This document shows positions 17,806 to 27,489 of a DNA stretch of 64,000 bases, in pieces. The DNA is from a virus. The notes beneath the pieces are model-generated. The model worked only from the letters and a program-made list of their open reading frames with translations. It was not told where the DNA came from and did not search any database. How positions within the stretch are numbered: the first letter of the stretch is position 1; each line of letters starts with the position of its first letter. The DNA is taken from positions 89,104-153,103 of the IMG/VR virus record IMGVR_UViG_3300028666_000023. One strand, given 5' to 3'. A program made the translations under genes and the position numbers.

Positions 17806-18042
17806 CTAGTAGTGGATGCCCGCTCGCTCCTTGAGGAGACGGACGAACGAGATGAGTGCGTCGATGACGCAGCGTTGCTGCACGGCCTGCTTCTCGAGCC
17901 GCTCGACTTCCTTGCTCGCTTCTTCAAGGTCGGAAGCCAGCGTCAGATTCGCGCGGCGGGAATCCTGGGCTTGCTTGTACCAGTCGTCCGTGAGCTTCTT
18001 CTGTCTCTTGAGCTCAGTTCGCAACGACGTTTGTTTGGCCAT
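17806..18042 (-). CDS. coiled-coil hypothetical protein
   Basis: Follows GGAATAAG (18060-18067) and GGAGG. Confidence 0.7.
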   Translation of the reverse strand: MAKQTSLRTELKRQKKLTDDWYKQAQDSRRANLTLASDLEEASKEVERLEKQAVQQRCVIDALISFVRLLKERAGIHY

Positions 18043-18060
18043 GTAGTTCCTCCAATTTTC

Positions 18061-18345
18061 TTATTCCCAGTCCTCGGGTTCTTCCCACTCCTGCGGCGGA
18101 TGCTCTGGATGACGAGGGTCGTCCGGAGGAACCAGCATGACGGTGAGGGTCAACCACATGGGCAGCCCAAAAGGCAGCTCGTAGACGCGAGCCATGTTGC
18201 CTGATGCGATCATGACGTGACACCGCACAACGCGGACGCGGTCGACGTCTAGACGCTCTAGAATCAGCCACACCGTCTCACCGTCATTCAAGTACTGCGG
18301 CGCGCACCACTTCGGATGTGCAGACAGCGTGAGCTCAAAGCTCAT
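18061..18345 (-). CDS. hypothetical protein
   Basis: Coupled to the HAD gene. Confidence 0.55.
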   Translation of the reverse strand: MSFELTLSAHPKWCAPQYLNDGETVWLILERLDVDRVRVVRCHVMIASGNMARVYELPFGLPMWLTLTVMLVPPDDPRHPEHPPQEWEEPEDWE

Positions 18346-18917
18346 CGTCGTTTGTTCTTCTTCGGGATGATGAGTGACTTCTTCTTGTGCCTGAACGGCA
18401 CTTCGAAGAGCTTGATGGCTGCCTCCACGTGCTCGTCGAGCAGGCCCGTGTGGAGGCTGGTGTAGATGACGCGCTCGTCCACCTCACCGCCGACGTGGGT
18501 GTCGTCGAAGATGATGAACGACTCGACGGGGTTCGACTTGTCTCCGAAGGCAGCCCACGTATCAAGCCAAGAAGCGATCTCCTCACCACGCTCGACGCTC
18601 TGACTGAACTTGGTGCGGATGTCCGTGGGCGTAGCGCCGATGACCTTGCCGGTGAAGCCATGCTTGCGAAGGAACCCGTGGATGCGCGGCCAAGGGTGCG
18701 CGTGGCGCCACGAGGAGCTGATGACGACGCTCGCGCCCGTTCGTTGCACGAGCGCCTCGAGACGCGCGACCCGGGAGGGCGAAAGCATGTCCTCCCAGGT
18801 CTCGTTGTCCTTGATGCTGAAGAGTTTGCCATCGGCCTTGGTCCGCGACTTCCTCTCCTCAACGAGGAAGTCGTGGTAGTTCAGCACCCCATCGATGTCG
18901 AGGAAGATGATCTTCAT
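18342..18917 (-). CDS. HAD-superfamily phosphatase (HAD_SAK_2 / RNA-repair-like)
   Basis: IIFLDIDGVLN, VISSSWR, RGEEI, FIIFDD. Confidence 0.88.
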   Translation of the reverse strand: MKIIFLDIDGVLNYHDFLVEERKSRTKADGKLFSIKDNETWEDMLSPSRVARLEALVQRTGASVVISSSWRHAHPWPRIHGFLRKHGFTGKVIGATPTDIRTKFSQSVERGEEIASWLDTWAAFGDKSNPVESFIIFDDTHVGGEVDERVIYTSLHTGLLDEHVEAAIKLFEVPFRHKKKSLIIPKKNKRR

Positions 18918-19156
18918 GCCTTCTTCGCCGCTGCTTCGAGTGCCCTGATGCGCTCGCGCTCCGCCTTCATCGTGTTGAAGAGATCTTCGAATCCCTCGTA
19001 GGTCATGACGAAGAGCGGCGCGGCCTCATCTTCATCAGAGGTGAACGCGATCGTGTCCGCAGCTGCGTCGTACTCGAGGTGCGTGTCGTCGTTGATGTCG
19101 ATCGTGCACGCGCGCTCGACCTTGTAAAAGCTCTTCTTCCGCTCTTCAGCCGCCAT
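18914..19156 (-). CDS. hypothetical protein
   Basis: ORF; GAAGGAG SD. Confidence 0.6.
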   Translation of the reverse strand: MAAEERKKSFYKVERACTIDINDDTHLEYDAAADTIAFTSDEDEAAPLFVMTYEGFEDLFNTMKAERERIRALEAAAKKA

Positions 19157-19159
19157 AGC

Positions 19160-19369
19160 TCACTCCTTCACTTTCGCCTTCAAAGCTTTCCGATGTTCCT
19201 CGAGGACCCACTGCACGTCCTCGACCGTGTAGAGCGCACGTCCTTCGGATGCTGCGCGCTCTCTGACTGCGTGCAGCGTCTTGCAAAGGCTGCACGCGAT
19301 GCCGTCGAGGCTGTCGAACTCGACCGCGCCGCAGAGCGTCGTGTGGTCCTCTCGTCGTTGGTGCTTCAT
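19160..19369 (-). CDS. hypothetical protein
   Basis: GGAGG SD; CSLC. Confidence 0.55.
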   Translation of the reverse strand: MKHQRREDHTTLCGAVEFDSLDGIACSLCKTLHAVRERAASEGRALYTVEDVQWVLEEHRKALKAKVKE

Positions 19370-19370
19370 G

Positions 19371-19835
19371 TCAGCCCTCCTCGAGAAAAGGTGGTAGTCC
19401 GATCTCTGGGTCTTCGTCGTCTACTTCCGGCAGCTTTGCGTTGCCGACAACGGGGACACCGCCGAACTGGATGCGAGAGACCACCCAGTACAAGATGCCC
19501 GTCTTTGTGAGCCCCCTCTTGCGCGTCTTCTTGTACTGCGCCAGCGTGACGTCGTCGATGGTACCGTTCCCATCCGCCATCTTGCGGAGCTCGCGCTTGA
19601 TGACGATCACCGAGCCCGGGCACTCAACGGCCTCGCTCGTCCCCTTGGCGCCTGCCTTGATGTGGTCGGGATGGCTCGGATCCGTGAGGTGGCAGGACTG
19701 CGCGCTCCCGCCGCCCCGTATCTGATTCCACAACCGGCGCAGGTTCGCCTTCGTGTAGAAGCTGCCAAAGTGGCGCTTGCCCTGATTCGCCGTACGCCAC
19801 GGGCATTGGGCGCAAGGTTTCTTCAATTCAGCCAT
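19371..19835 (-). CDS. DUF6283-like Cys/His protein
   Basis: KPCAQCPWR...SCH...ECPG. Confidence 0.6.
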   Translation of the reverse strand: MAELKKPCAQCPWRTANQGKRHFGSFYTKANLRRLWNQIRGGGSAQSCHLTDPSHPDHIKAGAKGTSEAVECPGSVIVIKRELRKMADGNGTIDDVTLAQYKKTRKRGLTKTGILYWVVSRIQFGGVPVVGNAKLPEVDDEDPEIGLPPFLEEG

Positions 19836-20280
19836 CGTCTTCCTCCTCGCCGTAGTGGCTGCACCACTCGTAGTGACCAGTTTCCTTGCTGCCCTCGCAC
19901 TCGTCGCAGAGGTCACCCGCCGCGATGCGGCGCTTGCGCTCCTCCGCCTCCTTCTTCAGACGCGCGCTCTCTTTGTCGTAGAACTCCTGCGTCTGCATCC
20001 CATCGCTCGTCTGGTAGAGCGGCTGCTTGCACATCTCACGGATGTCGTCTGTGTGAACCACGCGTCGTACGAAACGCTCTACATCCGTGCTCAAGACAGC
20101 GAGCGTGGTGCGCTTGTCGTTCAAGTAGCGCTCTCGCGCCTTGACGTCATCCTCGTCGTAGAGCCCCGCCTGCGCGAGGTAGCGCGTATACCCCTTGCAC
20201 TCGGGGGCCCACCACAAGATGAAGTCGCCCTTCGTGCCGGTGAGCGAGATGATGTAGTACTGCTTCTTGACGCCGCTCAT
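19828..20280 (-). CDS. hypothetical phage protein
   Basis: ILWWAPECKGYTRYLAQAGLY motif. Confidence 0.65.
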   Translation of the reverse strand: MSGVKKQYYIISLTGTKGDFILWWAPECKGYTRYLAQAGLYDEDDVKARERYLNDKRTTLAVLSTDVERFVRRVVHTDDIREMCKQPLYQTSDGMQTQEFYDKESARLKKEAEERKRRIAAGDLCDECEGSKETGHYEWCSHYGEEEDDG

Positions 20281-20552
20281 GGGACGACGTTCTGGCCGGC
20301 GAGTACCACGCCGAGGATGCGGATGGCGGCGTCGCGATCGGCGAGCAGGATTCGGCACTCGTCCTCGCACGCCTTGAGCTTGCCCTCGAGCGCACCGACC
20401 GACATCTGCAGCTTGAGGAGCATCGCCTGCGCATCGTCGATGCGGCGGAGGAGATCGTCCTCCTTGAACATCCGATCGACTTCGGCCTGCGTCTTCGGCA
20501 GGTTCTTGAGCTCGGGATTCGGGTCGAAGCGCTTCTTCTTTTTCTTGGGCAT
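20277..20552 (-). CDS. coiled-coil hypothetical protein
   Basis: MPKKKKKR; follows terminator and GGAATAAG (20571-20578). Confidence 0.7.
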   Translation of the reverse strand: MPKKKKKRFDPNPELKNLPKTQAEVDRMFKEDDLLRRIDDAQAMLLKLQMSVGALEGKLKACEDECRILLADRDAAIRILGVVLAGQNVVP

Positions 20553-20587
20553 GGTTTGGCCTCCAGATTCCTTATTCCGGAGGCAAG

Positions 20588-20611
20588 AAAAAAGTACGGA
20601 ACCCCGTACTT
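20588..20611 (-). terminator. intrinsic terminator
   Basis: AAGTACGG-GGTT-CCGTAC-TTTTTT. Confidence 0.75.
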
Positions 20612-20619
20612 CTCCCCCA

Positions 20620-21882
20620 CTACTGCAGCTGCGAGAGGATGGTGCTCACATCCACACCGAAGCGCGCAGCGATGGACAGTAGCTCCGGGTAACCTGTGAG
20701 GTCGCCCTTCGAGACTTTGCGGACCGCCGCTCCCCACTGAAGCAGGAGCTCCTTCACTACCACGGGCGGTTCGTTGGTCTTTGCCTCGTTCCTCTGACTC
20801 TCGAGAGTGATGATCTTCCGATTGAGGGAAGCCACGTTCTCTTCGGCGGCGTCGAGCTCCGCCTGTACTGCCTCGAGCTCACGATGCACGCTTGTGAGAG
20901 CGCCCTCGAACTCGTTGCGCTTGGAGATCTGCAGGCGTTCGTTGGCGAGTGCTTTGTCCTTCTCGACACGTTCGGCCTGCAGCTGCTCGTTCAAGCGCAG
21001 CACGTGATTATCTCGCTCTCGCAAAGACGAGGAGAGCTTGGCATTCTCCTTTGAGAACGACTCCGTGGCTTCCCGGAGTGCCTCCGTTGAGAACCGTAGC
21101 TTCTCGTTGAGGTCAGCGACTTCTAGCTTGTAGATCTCGAGGTCCTCGGATAGGTCGGGCGGCGGTGCAGACGCAGGTGCTTCCGAGGAAGGGGGCGGTG
21201 CTTCAACAGACACCTCTTCCTGCTCTGGCTCCTCGTCCTCGAGCTCCTCCTCGTCCTCCGCAGCTTCGAGCGGGGAAAGAGAACGCGCCGGGAGTTGTTT
21301 CCCCCAGCCACCCTTCGCATCCAAGTGGTAGGCGGGCTTGCCGGCCCGCTTGGCCATGATGGATGCCGTCTTCGCGTGGGTGGAGCCCGTGCTCGTGGGG
21401 AAGATGAGGACGATATCGCAGTCCGAGAGATCGACGCTGCTCGTGCGATTCAGGTTCACCTCACGGACGACTTGAACGTTGAAATGGCGCTCCAACCGCG
21501 CGCGCCGACGATCCCAAAAGTGGTGAGCCCAGTGCTGGAAAACGATTGCGCGAAGTGGGCGCGTAGCTACACTCGGACGAGAGGGCTCCGCTGGCTTCGC
21601 CGTTCGCGCCGTCAGCCAGTGTATGAACTCCACCGCTCCGGGCTCCTCACCGAGCACACGTAGCTTCTCGAGGTCGCACGCGACGAAGGCGCCGCTGTCG
21701 TCGCTCTTGAGCACACCGTAGTCGCAGAGACTCTGTAGATCTCGGAAGTACGTGTCGCGTGACGCCGACCCTGCGATGCCGTCACGTAGATCTGGTACCG
21801 TGATCGGGTCACTTGGATGAGCCACAAAGAAGTTTGCGACAGAACTTACACGCTCAGCTCGTTCATTGTTTGAGACACGCAT
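20620..21882 (-). CDS. wHTH + DUF2325-like domain + coiled-coil protein
   Basis: N-terminal HTH-like region; DCDIVLIFPT...AKRAGKP; long heptad region. Confidence 0.6.
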   Translation of the reverse strand: MRVSNNERAERVSSVANFFVAHPSDPITVPDLRDGIAGSASRDTYFRDLQSLCDYGVLKSDDSGAFVACDLEKLRVLGEEPGAVEFIHWLTARTAKPAEPSRPSVATRPLRAIVFQHWAHHFWDRRRARLERHFNVQVVREVNLNRTSSVDLSDCDIVLIFPTSTGSTHAKTASIMAKRAGKPAYHLDAKGGWGKQLPARSLSPLEAAEDEEELEDEEPEQEEVSVEAPPPSSEAPASAPPPDLSEDLEIYKLEVADLNEKLRFSTEALREATESFSKENAKLSSSLRERDNHVLRLNEQLQAERVEKDKALANERLQISKRNEFEGALTSVHRELEAVQAELDAAEENVASLNRKIITLESQRNEAKTNEPPVVVKELLLQWGAAVRKVSKGDLTGYPELLSIAARFGVDVSTILSQLQ

Positions 21883-21891
21883 GATCTCCTC

Positions 21892-22134
21892 CTAGAGTTT
21901 CGTACCGCACCACGGGCAATAGTTGATCAAGTACACCGACGAACCACCGTCGTGTATGAGAATCCCGAACCGCTTGATGGTCTCGTTGTAGTCGAGCACC
22001 AAGTCAGGGCATTCGTGACGAGCCTCGTGCTCATCACATGTTCGTTTGAACTCGTCGCGCATCCGTCCGCAGCACGGATTACTCGGAGCGATCTTCCTCT
22101 TGGGATCCCTGGGGAACGTCGCCTTCTTCGGCAT
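21892..22134 (-). CDS. DUF6980-like protein
   Basis: CCGRM...CPDLVL...FGILIHDGGSSVYLINYCPWCGTKL. Confidence 0.7.
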   Translation of the reverse strand: MPKKATFPRDPKRKIAPSNPCCGRMRDEFKRTCDEHEARHECPDLVLDYNETIKRFGILIHDGGSSVYLINYCPWCGTKL

Positions 22135-22408
22135 GGCGCATCTCCAATTCTTCTTTGCTGAGCGAGACGTGGATGCCACCGTCGTCCAAGAGCTTCACCT
22201 CGGCCGGCGTTCCATCCTTCGCGAGCCTGTCTTGCAGCTTGCGGTTGAAGAGCTCGTTCTTGCGCCGCTGCGCGCGGTTCAACTTCGGCTTGGCGACCGC
22301 GGCAGACCGTTGCGCGGCGGCCTGTCGCTCCATGAAGACCTGCTGCGCTCGACGTTGGTCGAGGTGCGCATCCGCGCGAGCGAGGGCAGAGCGAAGGTAC
22401 GATTTCAT
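22079..22408 (-). CDS. hypothetical protein
   Basis: Contains LNRAQRR motif. Confidence 0.6.
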   Translation of the reverse strand: MKSYLRSALARADAHLDQRRAQQVFMERQAAAQRSAAVAKPKLNRAQRRKNELFNRKLQDRLAKDGTPAEVKLLDDGGIHVSLSKEELEMRHAEEGDVPQGSQEEDRSE

Positions 22409-22414
22409 GGTCTC

Positions 22415-22651
22415 TCATTTCTTGACGTTGTAGTTCTGCTTCTCATATTTACGGCGGTACACCGCGCTGCGCAACGGAAGAGCATTCGCTCGGAACTTTG
22501 CTTCGGCGATGATGCGTCCCTGGGTCTCCATGGGGAGATGTTGTAGTGCGAGCTCGATGATGCGCTCCGCAGACACCACAACGTCGATCACCTTGTCTGC
22601 CGCGGCGGCCCCCTTCTCTGTGAGGCCGAGGTCTTTCCAACAGGGTTTCAT
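22415..22651 (-). CDS. hypothetical protein
   Basis: ATG 22651 overlaps the upstream stop. Confidence 0.55.
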   Translation of the reverse strand: MKPCWKDLGLTEKGAAAADKVIDVVVSAERIIELALQHLPMETQGRIIAEAKFRANALPLRSAVYRRKYEKQNYNVKK

Positions 22652-22863
22652 CGGAGCGTGATGTCCTTCCTCGTGCACTTCGAGTGCTTGCCCACGGTCA
22701 CGCGCGCATGGCCGAGGCCGTGCACGTTCTGGGAGGCGGTGGACTCGAGGTCGCAGTTGTTCTTGCCGCAGATGAGGCAAGTGAGGAAGTGATCGTCGGT
22801 CGGTTTGAAGATGAAGACGACTGTCTCCTCTTCCACGGGTCGGCTGCTCTCAGGGGGTGCCAT
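22648..22863 (-). CDS. hypothetical Zn-binding protein
   Basis: CLICG...HSKC. Confidence 0.55.
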   Translation of the reverse strand: MAPPESSRPVEEETVVFIFKPTDDHFLTCLICGKNNCDLESTASQNVHGLGHARVTVGKHSKCTRKDITLR

Positions 22864-23251
22864 GTTCTTCTCCCTCGGTCGGTTCGCGCGGCAGGCCGAT
22901 CGCATCCCACGCTTCGTCGGGAACGAACGCCACCCGCTTCTTCAGGATGTCGATGAGGAGCTCGGGCGGAGTGATGATATCGCGAAGAGCTTCGTCCTTC
23001 ACCACGCACCAGCCGCCGGTGCGCGTGGGATCGTCGCCGCTCTCCGTGTTGTCCGCGACGGAGATGAGGATGATGCCACGCTGCATCCACTTCTTGCACT
23101 CGTCGCAGGGCTGGTGATCGAGGACTGCCTGGCGAGGTGCTTCTGCGTCGTTCGGGAGGCGGCCCAGAAGAGCAACCTCGCCGGTCTCACGCATGCAGAA
23201 GAAGCAGACGGGAAGAGTCGGGTTCACACCGTATCTTCGACTGAGAATCAT
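22850..23251 (-). CDS. hypothetical phage protein with Zn ribbon
   Basis: GVNPTLPVCFFC...PCDEC...RTGGWCVV. Confidence 0.7.
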   Translation of the reverse strand: MILSRRYGVNPTLPVCFFCMRETGEVALLGRLPNDAEAPRQAVLDHQPCDECKKWMQRGIILISVADNTESGDDPTRTGGWCVVKDEALRDIITPPELLIDILKKRVAFVPDEAWDAIGLPREPTEGEEHGTP

Positions 23252-23481
23252 TCCGCCGTCCAGAGTGCGGGGTGGCGTTCGAACATCTCCGAGAGCTCTT
23301 GGAGCCACTCGTTGACCTTCTGCATCTGCATGGCGCGGTAGTCGAGGTCGCGATTTGTGGCCTGGCGCTTGTACGCGTCGGCGATGGAGTTGAGGAGCGT
23401 GCGGCGGCGCGTCTGCAGCGCTTGGTACTGGTCCGCTGCGTCGGTCAGTTTCTGAATCGTGCCTTCGTGGTCGTGGGCCAT
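23248..23481 (-). CDS. hypothetical protein
   Basis: Follows GGAATAAG (23497-23504) and GGAGG. Confidence 0.65.
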   Translation of the reverse strand: MAHDHEGTIQKLTDAADQYQALQTRRRTLLNSIADAYKRQATNRDLDYRAMQMQKVNEWLQELSEMFERHPALWTAE

Positions 23482-23511
23482 GGAGCCTCCAAGACCCTTA
23501 TTCCGCGGGAG

Positions 23512-23781
23512 TTACTTGTCGTTCTCGTCCGGTCGGACGGCCTTCATCTCGCGCTGGGTGTCGATGCGTGCGAGCTCGGGGTAGAGCACGTAGAGGCCGG
23601 GGACCTTGAAGCGGGAGATCTTGCCTTCGCCCCGCTTGGGCAGGTCGTTGCAGCCCGGGCACTTCTCCGCGCCCTTCCACATCTGCGGGTACGGGCAGAG
23701 CGGACAGTCGACCGCAGGAAACTTCTGAGATGCTGAGCTCACCGCCACCTCCGGCGCATCGGACCGCCGCCCACGATACAT
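23512..23781 (-). CDS. hypothetical Zn-finger protein
   Basis: CPLC...CPGC; start uncertain. Confidence 0.5.
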   Translation of the reverse strand: MYRGRRSDAPEVAVSSASQKFPAVDCPLCPYPQMWKGAEKCPGCNDLPKRGEGKISRFKVPGLYVLYPELARIDTQREMKAVRPDENDK

Positions 23782-24041
23782 GGCGCCGGAGCAGCGCGGC
23801 GCTCCGCGCGCGGCGCCTCAGGTTGCGCTTCCTCTGTGCACGCGACCTCGAGCCGCCATCCCTGACGCGCGCGCGGACCGTCGTCCTCAGGCACGTTGAC
23901 AGGCCACGCCGTAGCGATCGGCGAGTTGTAGGGAATCACGAGCACGCTCTGGGTGCCTCCCCACTGCTGGAACATGCAGATGCACGTCCCACCGCCGCAG
24001 GTGCACGCTCGGCTGTAGTTGGTGAGGGTGCCCGGGACCAT
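23739..24041 (-). CDS. hypothetical protein
   Basis: ORF coupled to the upstream gene. Confidence 0.45.
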   Translation of the reverse strand: MVPGTLTNYSRACTCGGGTCICMFQQWGGTQSVLVIPYNSPIATAWPVNVPEDDGPRARQGWRLEVACTEEAQPEAPRAERRAAPAPCIVGGGPMRRRWR

Positions 24042-24292
24042 CAGCGGCCGGCGGGAACAGACTTCGGAGCGCCGCCCTGGAGCTTCTTCAAGTAGGCGGA
24101 TGCGATGTCGTCGACCTCGGAGCGACCGGCCTTGCCGACAGCCTTCGCGGCGCCCGCGCCGGTGCTGCTGATGGACTTGCCGAAGCTACCGCTGCGCGTG
24201 AGCGCGGCCGCTGCATCGCCAATGCGATCGAACCAGCCCGCGTTCTTGATCTGCTCGAGCTCGTCTTTGAAGGCTTCAGCCATGACGTTCAT
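24041..24292 (-). CDS. small protein with AFxDEL leader (putative head-internal protein)
   Basis: MNVMAEAFKDELEQIKNAG matches the leader of the 46.4-49.4 kb proteins. Confidence 0.65.
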   Translation of the reverse strand: MNVMAEAFKDELEQIKNAGWFDRIGDAAAALTRSGSFGKSISSTGAGAAKAVGKAGRSEVDDIASAYLKKLQGGAPKSVPAGR

Positions 24293-27200
24293 GCATTTCC
24301 TCCAGCGCCCTGCGACCCTGTAGTTGTACCAAAGTTCGAGGGAGTGCCGAAGTCGACGGGTGGCGCAACCTGCTCACCCTGGAGCTGCTCGTTGACGCCG
24401 TTCGCTGCGTACTCGAAGTCGGGGGACTGCGTCTGACCGAGGAGGCGGCCCGTCGTCACCTCGCTGCGATTGAACTTCCGGATGGGCAGGTCGTTCATCG
24501 CAACGCTGCGTGAAGCTTGCTGGAAGGTGCCGGCGTAGCTCGCTTCGTCGATCGTGAGGCCGAAGAAGGCGGAGAACTGCCCGCTCACGAGGATGTCGAC
24601 GGCGCGATCGCAGCCCTTCTCGATGAAGCTCTGGATGAGCGTGTCGACCTGAGGCACCTTCTGGGTCTCGGTCGAGTAGAGCGTGAGCGTCTCTTCGATG
24701 GTGCCCGAGGTGGGCTGCGCCGTTGCAGCTGCACCGCCGATGGAGAGCACGCCGTACAGCTGGTTCAAGATCTGAGCGGCGTCGTTCACCTGCGACACCG
24801 TCGGCGCATCGTTTACGAGCAGCGGGTTGATCTTCCGGTTCATGTCCGAGAAGAACGTGCTCGAGTTCACCGTGTTCGCGAGCCACGTGTTGATCTCCGC
24901 CTGGAAGCTCCCGTAGTCCTCGAGCTTGCCCACGCGGAGGCGGCCGAATGGCGGCACGATGTTCATCGCGAAGTCCACGTTGAGCCCGTTGGGGAAGGGC
25001 GAGTCCAGCTTGATGAGCAGGTTCGCGGAGTCGACCGTCGTGATGCCGTAGCTCGCGTCGGGCGCGTTGTACTGCGTCGAGTAGTACTGGAGGAGGTCGC
25101 CTGCCTGCAGCGCGCGCGGTACCTGCGGGAGCTTGAACCAGTTGCTGGTTCCCACCGCACTGCCCGGAGGGGACGAGAAGAACAGTGGGCCGCAGTTGCC
25201 GTCGATCGTGATGGAGCTCGCGACCTCCGCAAGGAGCGAAGAGAACACGATGTGCATCTGTCCGTAGCTCGCGGTGGGCGTGCTGCTGGGGATGAAGACA
25301 GGCAGGTTCGACTGCAGCACCACATCGAGCGGCGTGCTGCCTCCGCTCAGCACGTAGTACGTGCCGATGTTCGGACCGGTGAGGATGTCGACGGAGTCGT
25401 ACTTCGCGCCAGCGAGCGGGGCGCCGAGGTCCGCAGCCACACCCGGCGTTGCCGTGCCTGCTAGGGTGCCGGTTGCCACGATGACGTCGCCTGCGTTGAG
25501 CTGCACGCCCGTGGGTGCCGCGCCGTTGACCGTGGTCACGGAGTAGTAGCTGATCGTGGGCCCGTCGCGGAGGGCGATGACGTCGCCGACGTTCACAACA
25601 CCGGGCACTTGAAGCCCCTGCACGGTGAAGGTCAGCGTGGTTGTGACGAATGTGGTGTTGCCCGTCATCCGCACGCGCGTGAGCGTGATCTCATTTTGAG
25701 ACGTCGAGTACGCCGAGAGACTGTCCTCCCCTGCAGTGGCGACGAACGTCGCAACGGCGGAGTACCCCACGGCCTTGCTCGTGATGTCCGCAGCCACTTC
25801 GTCCGCCGTCGACCGGCGACAGACGCTGATCTGCCCGTTCGCGAAGCCCAACGTCGCGAGGCAGTTCTTGCTCGGACCATCGTCCCCGTAGACCTGCAGC
25901 GAAACCTCGGGCGCGAGCTGGGTGGTGGGATCGGTGCAGCGCAGTCGGAACTTCTGGGGAGAAGAACCGAACGCCTCGGCAACCACACCGGCGGGAAGCA
26001 CCGGATTCGTGAGGGACGCAAGGAAGGCCGCCGAGAGTGGGTTGTTCGCACCCGCCGCGCTCTGCCCATTCGTGAAACCGACCAAGGTGTTCGACGAACC
26101 GTTGCCCATCAAGAGCGTCGCGTTGGGGCCGTTGTTCACCGACGTGAGCTCGAGGTTCACACCCGAGAGCGTCGCGACCGCGTCGTGCGCAGAACCCGTG
26201 TGCGTAACCGCGTTGATCTGCGAGAGCAACGCGGCGCTGTTCGCCGGCGAGGAGAAGTGCACGGTGTACGTCACCGCGCCGTCGACCGTGATGATGAACG
26301 TCTTGCCGTTGAGGGAGCCACCACCACCGTAGAGGCCTCCCACCGTGACGTCTGTCGAGCCCGTGAGCGACGCGCTGCTGGGCACCGATGACGGGGGGAA
26401 TACAACAAGGAACGGCGACCCGTTCACCCTGAACTTGAAGGTGTTGTTGTTCGGGATGCCACCACCGGACTGGATCGGCTGCGTTCCGTCACCGAAGACG
26501 AAGAACGATTCGTCGAGACCGGAGTCGAGCTCGGCGAGCGGGGAGGGCGCGAGCGTGATGCTGACCGGGGAGCCGCCGTCGAGCGTGGCCGTCAGCGTGT
26601 CGTTCGTGCCCGTGATGACGCCGAAGGCACCTCCGTGGTCGGAGGTGAGCACGGCCGGGTTCGCGGGGTGCGTCGCGTCGGCGAAGGAGAAGCCCGTGCC
26701 CGTGATGGACAAGAACTCGCTCGGCTTCTGAAAGCTGCCGAAGGTCGCGACGATGCCGAGAGAGGCTAAAAGATTGAGGACCGTCTGCCGCACCTGCTCG
26801 AGGCGCTGCGTGGGGGTGAGGGCATTCATCGTCGTGGCCGACTGGCCGACGAGGGTCTGCGCGTTGCCGATGACGCTCGAGGCCACGACGCTGGGGAGGT
26901 TCAAGCTGTTGAAGTCGGCGATCGCAGCTGCGAGCTGCGTGACCGCGGTGACGAGGTCGGTGTGCGCCGACTGGAGCTGCGTGACGAGCGCGGGGATGGC
27001 GGCCTGGGCCTCCTGCGGCGTCTGCACGATCTCCCCGCCGTCCTTCACCGTCTGCCCAGGGCCACTGAGGAACGCCGAGACGTTCGACGAGAAGCGCTGG
27101 TAGGCCGGTAGCGAAGTGATGTCCGCGAAGGAGGCCTCACGCGCAGCGGCCGCGCTCTGGAGCTCCTGCAGCGCCGCCTGTGCGTTGAAGAGCGTCGAGA

Positions 27201-27489
27201 CGTCTTGGATAGGCAGGACGCGCCGCCCGCAGGCAGCCACGGCGTCGAGGAGCTGGATGACGAGCAGCTCCTCGGAGGTGACGAGGTCAAGAGCGCGCGC
27301 TGCGCCGAGCGCCACCACGTAGAACGGAGAGTTCGGGTAGAGGAGGAAGACTCCACCCGCCGCCTGCTGGATGTCGTTGAACGAGATGTCGACCCGCCGA
27401 ACACCGAGCGCGTCGATCGGACGAGCGATGGTCGACTGGACGAGCGACGTTACGACGCTCTGAATCTCATCGTCCGAGAAGCCGGTCAT
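24289..27489 (-). CDS. large putative virion structural protein (tail/baseplate-associated)
   Basis: 1066 aa; central Gly/Thr/Ser-rich beta region with repeated modules; helical termini. Confidence 0.7.
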   Translation of the reverse strand: MTGFSDDEIQSVVTSLVQSTIARPIDALGVRRVDISFNDIQQAAGGVFLLYPNSPFYVVALGAARALDLVTSEELLVIQLLDAVAACGRRVLPIQDVSTLFNAQAALQELQSAAAAREASFADITSLPAYQRFSSNVSAFLSGPGQTVKDGGEIVQTPQEAQAAIPALVTQLQSAHTDLVTAVTQLAAAIADFNSLNLPSVVASSVIGNAQTLVGQSATTMNALTPTQRLEQVRQTVLNLLASLGIVATFGSFQKPSEFLSITGTGFSFADATHPANPAVLTSDHGGAFGVITGTNDTLTATLDGGSPVSITLAPSPLAELDSGLDESFFVFGDGTQPIQSGGGIPNNNTFKFRVNGSPFLVVFPPSSVPSSASLTGSTDVTVGGLYGGGGSLNGKTFIITVDGAVTYTVHFSSPANSAALLSQINAVTHTGSAHDAVATLSGVNLELTSVNNGPNATLLMGNGSSNTLVGFTNGQSAAGANNPLSAAFLASLTNPVLPAGVVAEAFGSSPQKFRLRCTDPTTQLAPEVSLQVYGDDGPSKNCLATLGFANGQISVCRRSTADEVAADITSKAVGYSAVATFVATAGEDSLSAYSTSQNEITLTRVRMTGNTTFVTTTLTFTVQGLQVPGVVNVGDVIALRDGPTISYYSVTTVNGAAPTGVQLNAGDVIVATGTLAGTATPGVAADLGAPLAGAKYDSVDILTGPNIGTYYVLSGGSTPLDVVLQSNLPVFIPSSTPTASYGQMHIVFSSLLAEVASSITIDGNCGPLFFSSPPGSAVGTSNWFKLPQVPRALQAGDLLQYYSTQYNAPDASYGITTVDSANLLIKLDSPFPNGLNVDFAMNIVPPFGRLRVGKLEDYGSFQAEINTWLANTVNSSTFFSDMNRKINPLLVNDAPTVSQVNDAAQILNQLYGVLSIGGAAATAQPTSGTIEETLTLYSTETQKVPQVDTLIQSFIEKGCDRAVDILVSGQFSAFFGLTIDEASYAGTFQQASRSVAMNDLPIRKFNRSEVTTGRLLGQTQSPDFEYAANGVNEQLQGEQVAPPVDFGTPSNFGTTTGSQGAGGNA

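Noticed and set aside
24289-27489. Tail sheath protein call
   Set aside because: No recognisable conserved C-terminal sheath domain; left as a generic structural protein
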